Positions 61,605-64,000 of a stretch of 64,000 bases of DNA are shown here, piece by piece. The translations under genes were made by a program, and so were the position numbers. Positions within the stretch are counted from its first letter, which is position 1; each line of letters opens with the position of its first letter. Below the pieces are notes generated by a model. It did no database searches, was not told the origin of the DNA, and saw only the letters and a program-made list of their open reading frames with translations. Source of the DNA: Podarcis vaucheri (Eukaryota); NCBI GenBank assembly GCA_965113315.1, contig OZ220375.1. One strand, written 5' to 3'.

Positions 61605-62484
61605 CTGTGGTGGGGAAAGGGAGAGTGCCATGAGGAAGGGAAGGGGAAGAGATTGGACAGCCATTCTTCTCTCAACACACCTCTTCTATGCTAGGGCATT
61701 TACCCCAAACTCCACTCACTCCCACCACCACGTTTTGCCAGAGGTTGAAGGTACTAGACTCCATGGCAGATGAGGAGCTGTCGCTGAAAATGGCATCCTT
61801 GGGATTGCATCTTCTCTCCTTAGCCAAATGCAGTGTGTTGCATCATCACAGGGCGACCTTCCCTGCCAATGGCAGTCAGGGATGTGGAGCCAAGGAGGGA
61901 ACCCCACAGTTTGATGCTGTTCCTTGTCAAATCACCTCCCCGCAAACAAACAAGAAAGAACACTCAGCAAACACCAGGCATAACCTGACCTCCATGCTAA
62001 GCTTTGTGCAAGCAAATCAGGATGAATGATCAAAAAAACAGGTGGTCAGGAAGAGCCCCAGGGTCGGGGAAGGAAGGCAGGTTTTGGCCTCACTGCAAAG
62101 CTGGCCTCTTAAGTGCAGGACTTTAAGGTGCAAATACTGTAATAAGATTTCCAATTCATATGGAAGAAAGCAAAAGAATGTTGGGTATACCATTGGAATA
62201 GGAACAAAGTCTGCTTCCCGCCTCTGCTGACTCTGGTCACTGAAAATGGTCCTGCATAAACTCACTCCTTCAGGTGCACAACCCTAGCCTGAGTTCTGCT
62301 TCTTGGTCACATTAGAGTATGATGGGATATCACGCCGACAGATCAACAGCAGAGAGAATAAGCCAATGAAACCAGAACCAAGCAGTGGATTTGTTAATTT
62401 GGAAGGCTCTGCATGGAGGTTTTGTTGTTGTTGTTGTTTCGGATGGGTCATTAAAAGATCCAAGACACATTGCCTCTTCCTTAC

Positions 62485-62680
62485 CTGTCCTCCCATGATA
62501 TGTTCAGCCCCAATGGCCTTCTGCAACTCTTTGATTTCATCACTAGGCCCTGTGATAAGAGAAGTGCCAGTGTCCACAATGCCTTGGCAACTGTCCTTGC
62601 ACAACTTCGTTGAATTGTCCTTGTCAAACAGTCTCCACGGCCAACATTTTTCACTCTTGGATTGCTTCTCCACAGTTATC
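62485..62680 (-). CDS. NAPSA: Napsin-A/cathepsin-D-like aspartic protease, exon 7 equivalent with second catalytic DTG (196 nt)
   Basis: Acceptor ctttgtag|G. Reads ...LCKDSCQGIVDTGTSLITGPSDEIKELQKAIGAEHIMGGQ, then donor CAG|gtaagg. Pepsin-family A1 motif. The NAPSA label rests on KCNC3 synteny. Upstream exons lie beyond the window. Confidence 0.85.
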
Positions 62681-63093
62681 CTACAAAGAGGGGAAATGAA
62701 AGTGGTTGGCAACCTTTATTCACGGTGTTTTGGAGGCCTGATGAGAGTTGAGAGGACACACCTGTGGCCAGACAACCAGAAGCTAGTGAGCAGGAGGACT
62801 CTGACCACCAAACTCATACACACCGCTGAAAGAGCTTGGGATTGGCAGTTTAAGATCTAGTACTCACCAACAGCAGAAGGTGTGGATGAACCTGTGTCTG
62901 GGCTGTTCCTCTTTTTTCTTTACACACAAATTGAATAAATAAACCTCCGCACCAAGAAAACTAGCATATCAGGCAGGGAGTGTTGTTAGGGACATGAGCC
63001 CTTGGGTTTTGTTTTGTTTTTTTGCACAGAGCCCCCTGCATAAAAATTTCATGTGCTGTTTCTCTCTATACTGTTACATTTAAAGACCTTTTA

Positions 63094-63447
63094 GGTAAAG
63101 GTAAAGGGACCCCAGACCATTAAGTCCAGTCGTGGCTGACTCTGGGCTTGCAGCGCTCATCTCGCTTTATTGGCCGAGGGAGCCGGCGTACAGCTTCCGG
63201 ATCATGTGGCCAGTATGAATAAGCTGCTTGTGGCGAACCAGAGCAGCACAAAGAAATGCCGTTTACCTTCCTGCCGGAGCAGTACCTATTTATCTACTTG
63301 CACTTTGACGTGCTTTCGAACTGCTAGGTTGGCAGGAGCAGGGACCGAGCAACGGGAGCTCACCCCGTCGCAGGGATTCGAACCACCGACCTTCTGATCA
63401 GCAAGTCCTAGGCTCTGTGGTTTAACCCACAGCGCCACCCGCGTCCC
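63094..63447 (-). mobile_element. Full-length Sauria SINE with 12-bp target-site duplication
   Basis: Minus strand starts GGGACGCGGGTGGCGCTGTGGGTTAAACC, has a B-box GGTTCGAATCC and ends in an (ACCTTT)n tail. Flanked by AAAGACCTTTTA at 63082-63093 and 63448-63459. Confidence 0.93.
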
Positions 63448-63953
63448 AAAGACCTTTTAACAGGCCTGGAAAATCCTAGGAGCTACTGTAGCTGATCTCA
63501 CATAGCTATAGTTCCCAGCACTCTTAACAAACTACAGTTCCCAAGGTTCTTCATGACTGTTAAAAGTGGTCTAAGAGTGCTTTAAATGTAGGATATGGAT
63601 GTGACCTAAGACCTCAACCACCCACTGTTTTAATTTGCCCATTGGCAAAATCTGGGTCATGGGTCTGTGTCCCGAGTCTGTTTTGGACCTAGCAGTGTCC
63701 TTGATGTCAGGTTTCCAGCGGTTGACTTTTCCCTGAAGGTGATGCGTGGATTGATTGGAATTTTCCGCTTCCACTCAGCACATCTTTATTTTTATTTATT
63801 CATTGAAAACATTTAATTTCCCATCTTTCAGCTTTTTTGCCTCCAGGGCAACTTACAATAAAAAAACCCTCCACAACAATAACAGAAATAATATCCAAGA
63901 GAACACGCAAAGTACAAAAATAGCAGAAACCTCAGGAAACAGGAGCAGCAAGT

Positions 63954-63987
<34 letters not shown>

Positions 63988-64000
63988 TTGCTTTCGTAGA

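Overview
Vertebrate genomic DNA, most likely from a squamate (probably lacertid) lizard, judged from a full-length Sauria SINE, tRNA-Lys/CR1-tail SINEs, CR1 LINEs and lizard-type MITEs. Two protein-coding genes lie on the minus strand. (1) A complete Shaw-type voltage-gated K+ channel gene, KCNC3/Kv3.3. Its core coding exons are 48268-47669, 33558-32625 and 23408-23214, followed by an array of phase-1 alternative C-terminal exons: 14153, 8894/8934 and 4931/4943, plus new candidates at 15842 and 10491. It probably has an upstream non-coding first exon ending at 54641. (2) The last three exons of a napsin-A/cathepsin-D-like aspartic protease (62680-62485, 61604-61506, 60635-60381), the same neighbour KCNC3 has in mammals. 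No prokaryotic systems, CRISPR arrays or functional RNA genes are evident, and most listed ORFs are chance intronic frames. The most interesting signals are: a combinatorial C-terminal splicing array for Kv3.3, including a Cys-rich symmetric exon, a 43-nt microexon and a dual-frame exon; translational control of the N-terminal inactivation peptide; absence of the mammalian polyproline tracts; an intronic RE1 site and CTCF/RFX motifs; and a napsin-like protease with a 17-aa insertion and a mucin-like tail. Comparisons with mammalian proteins are from memory, not from database searches.
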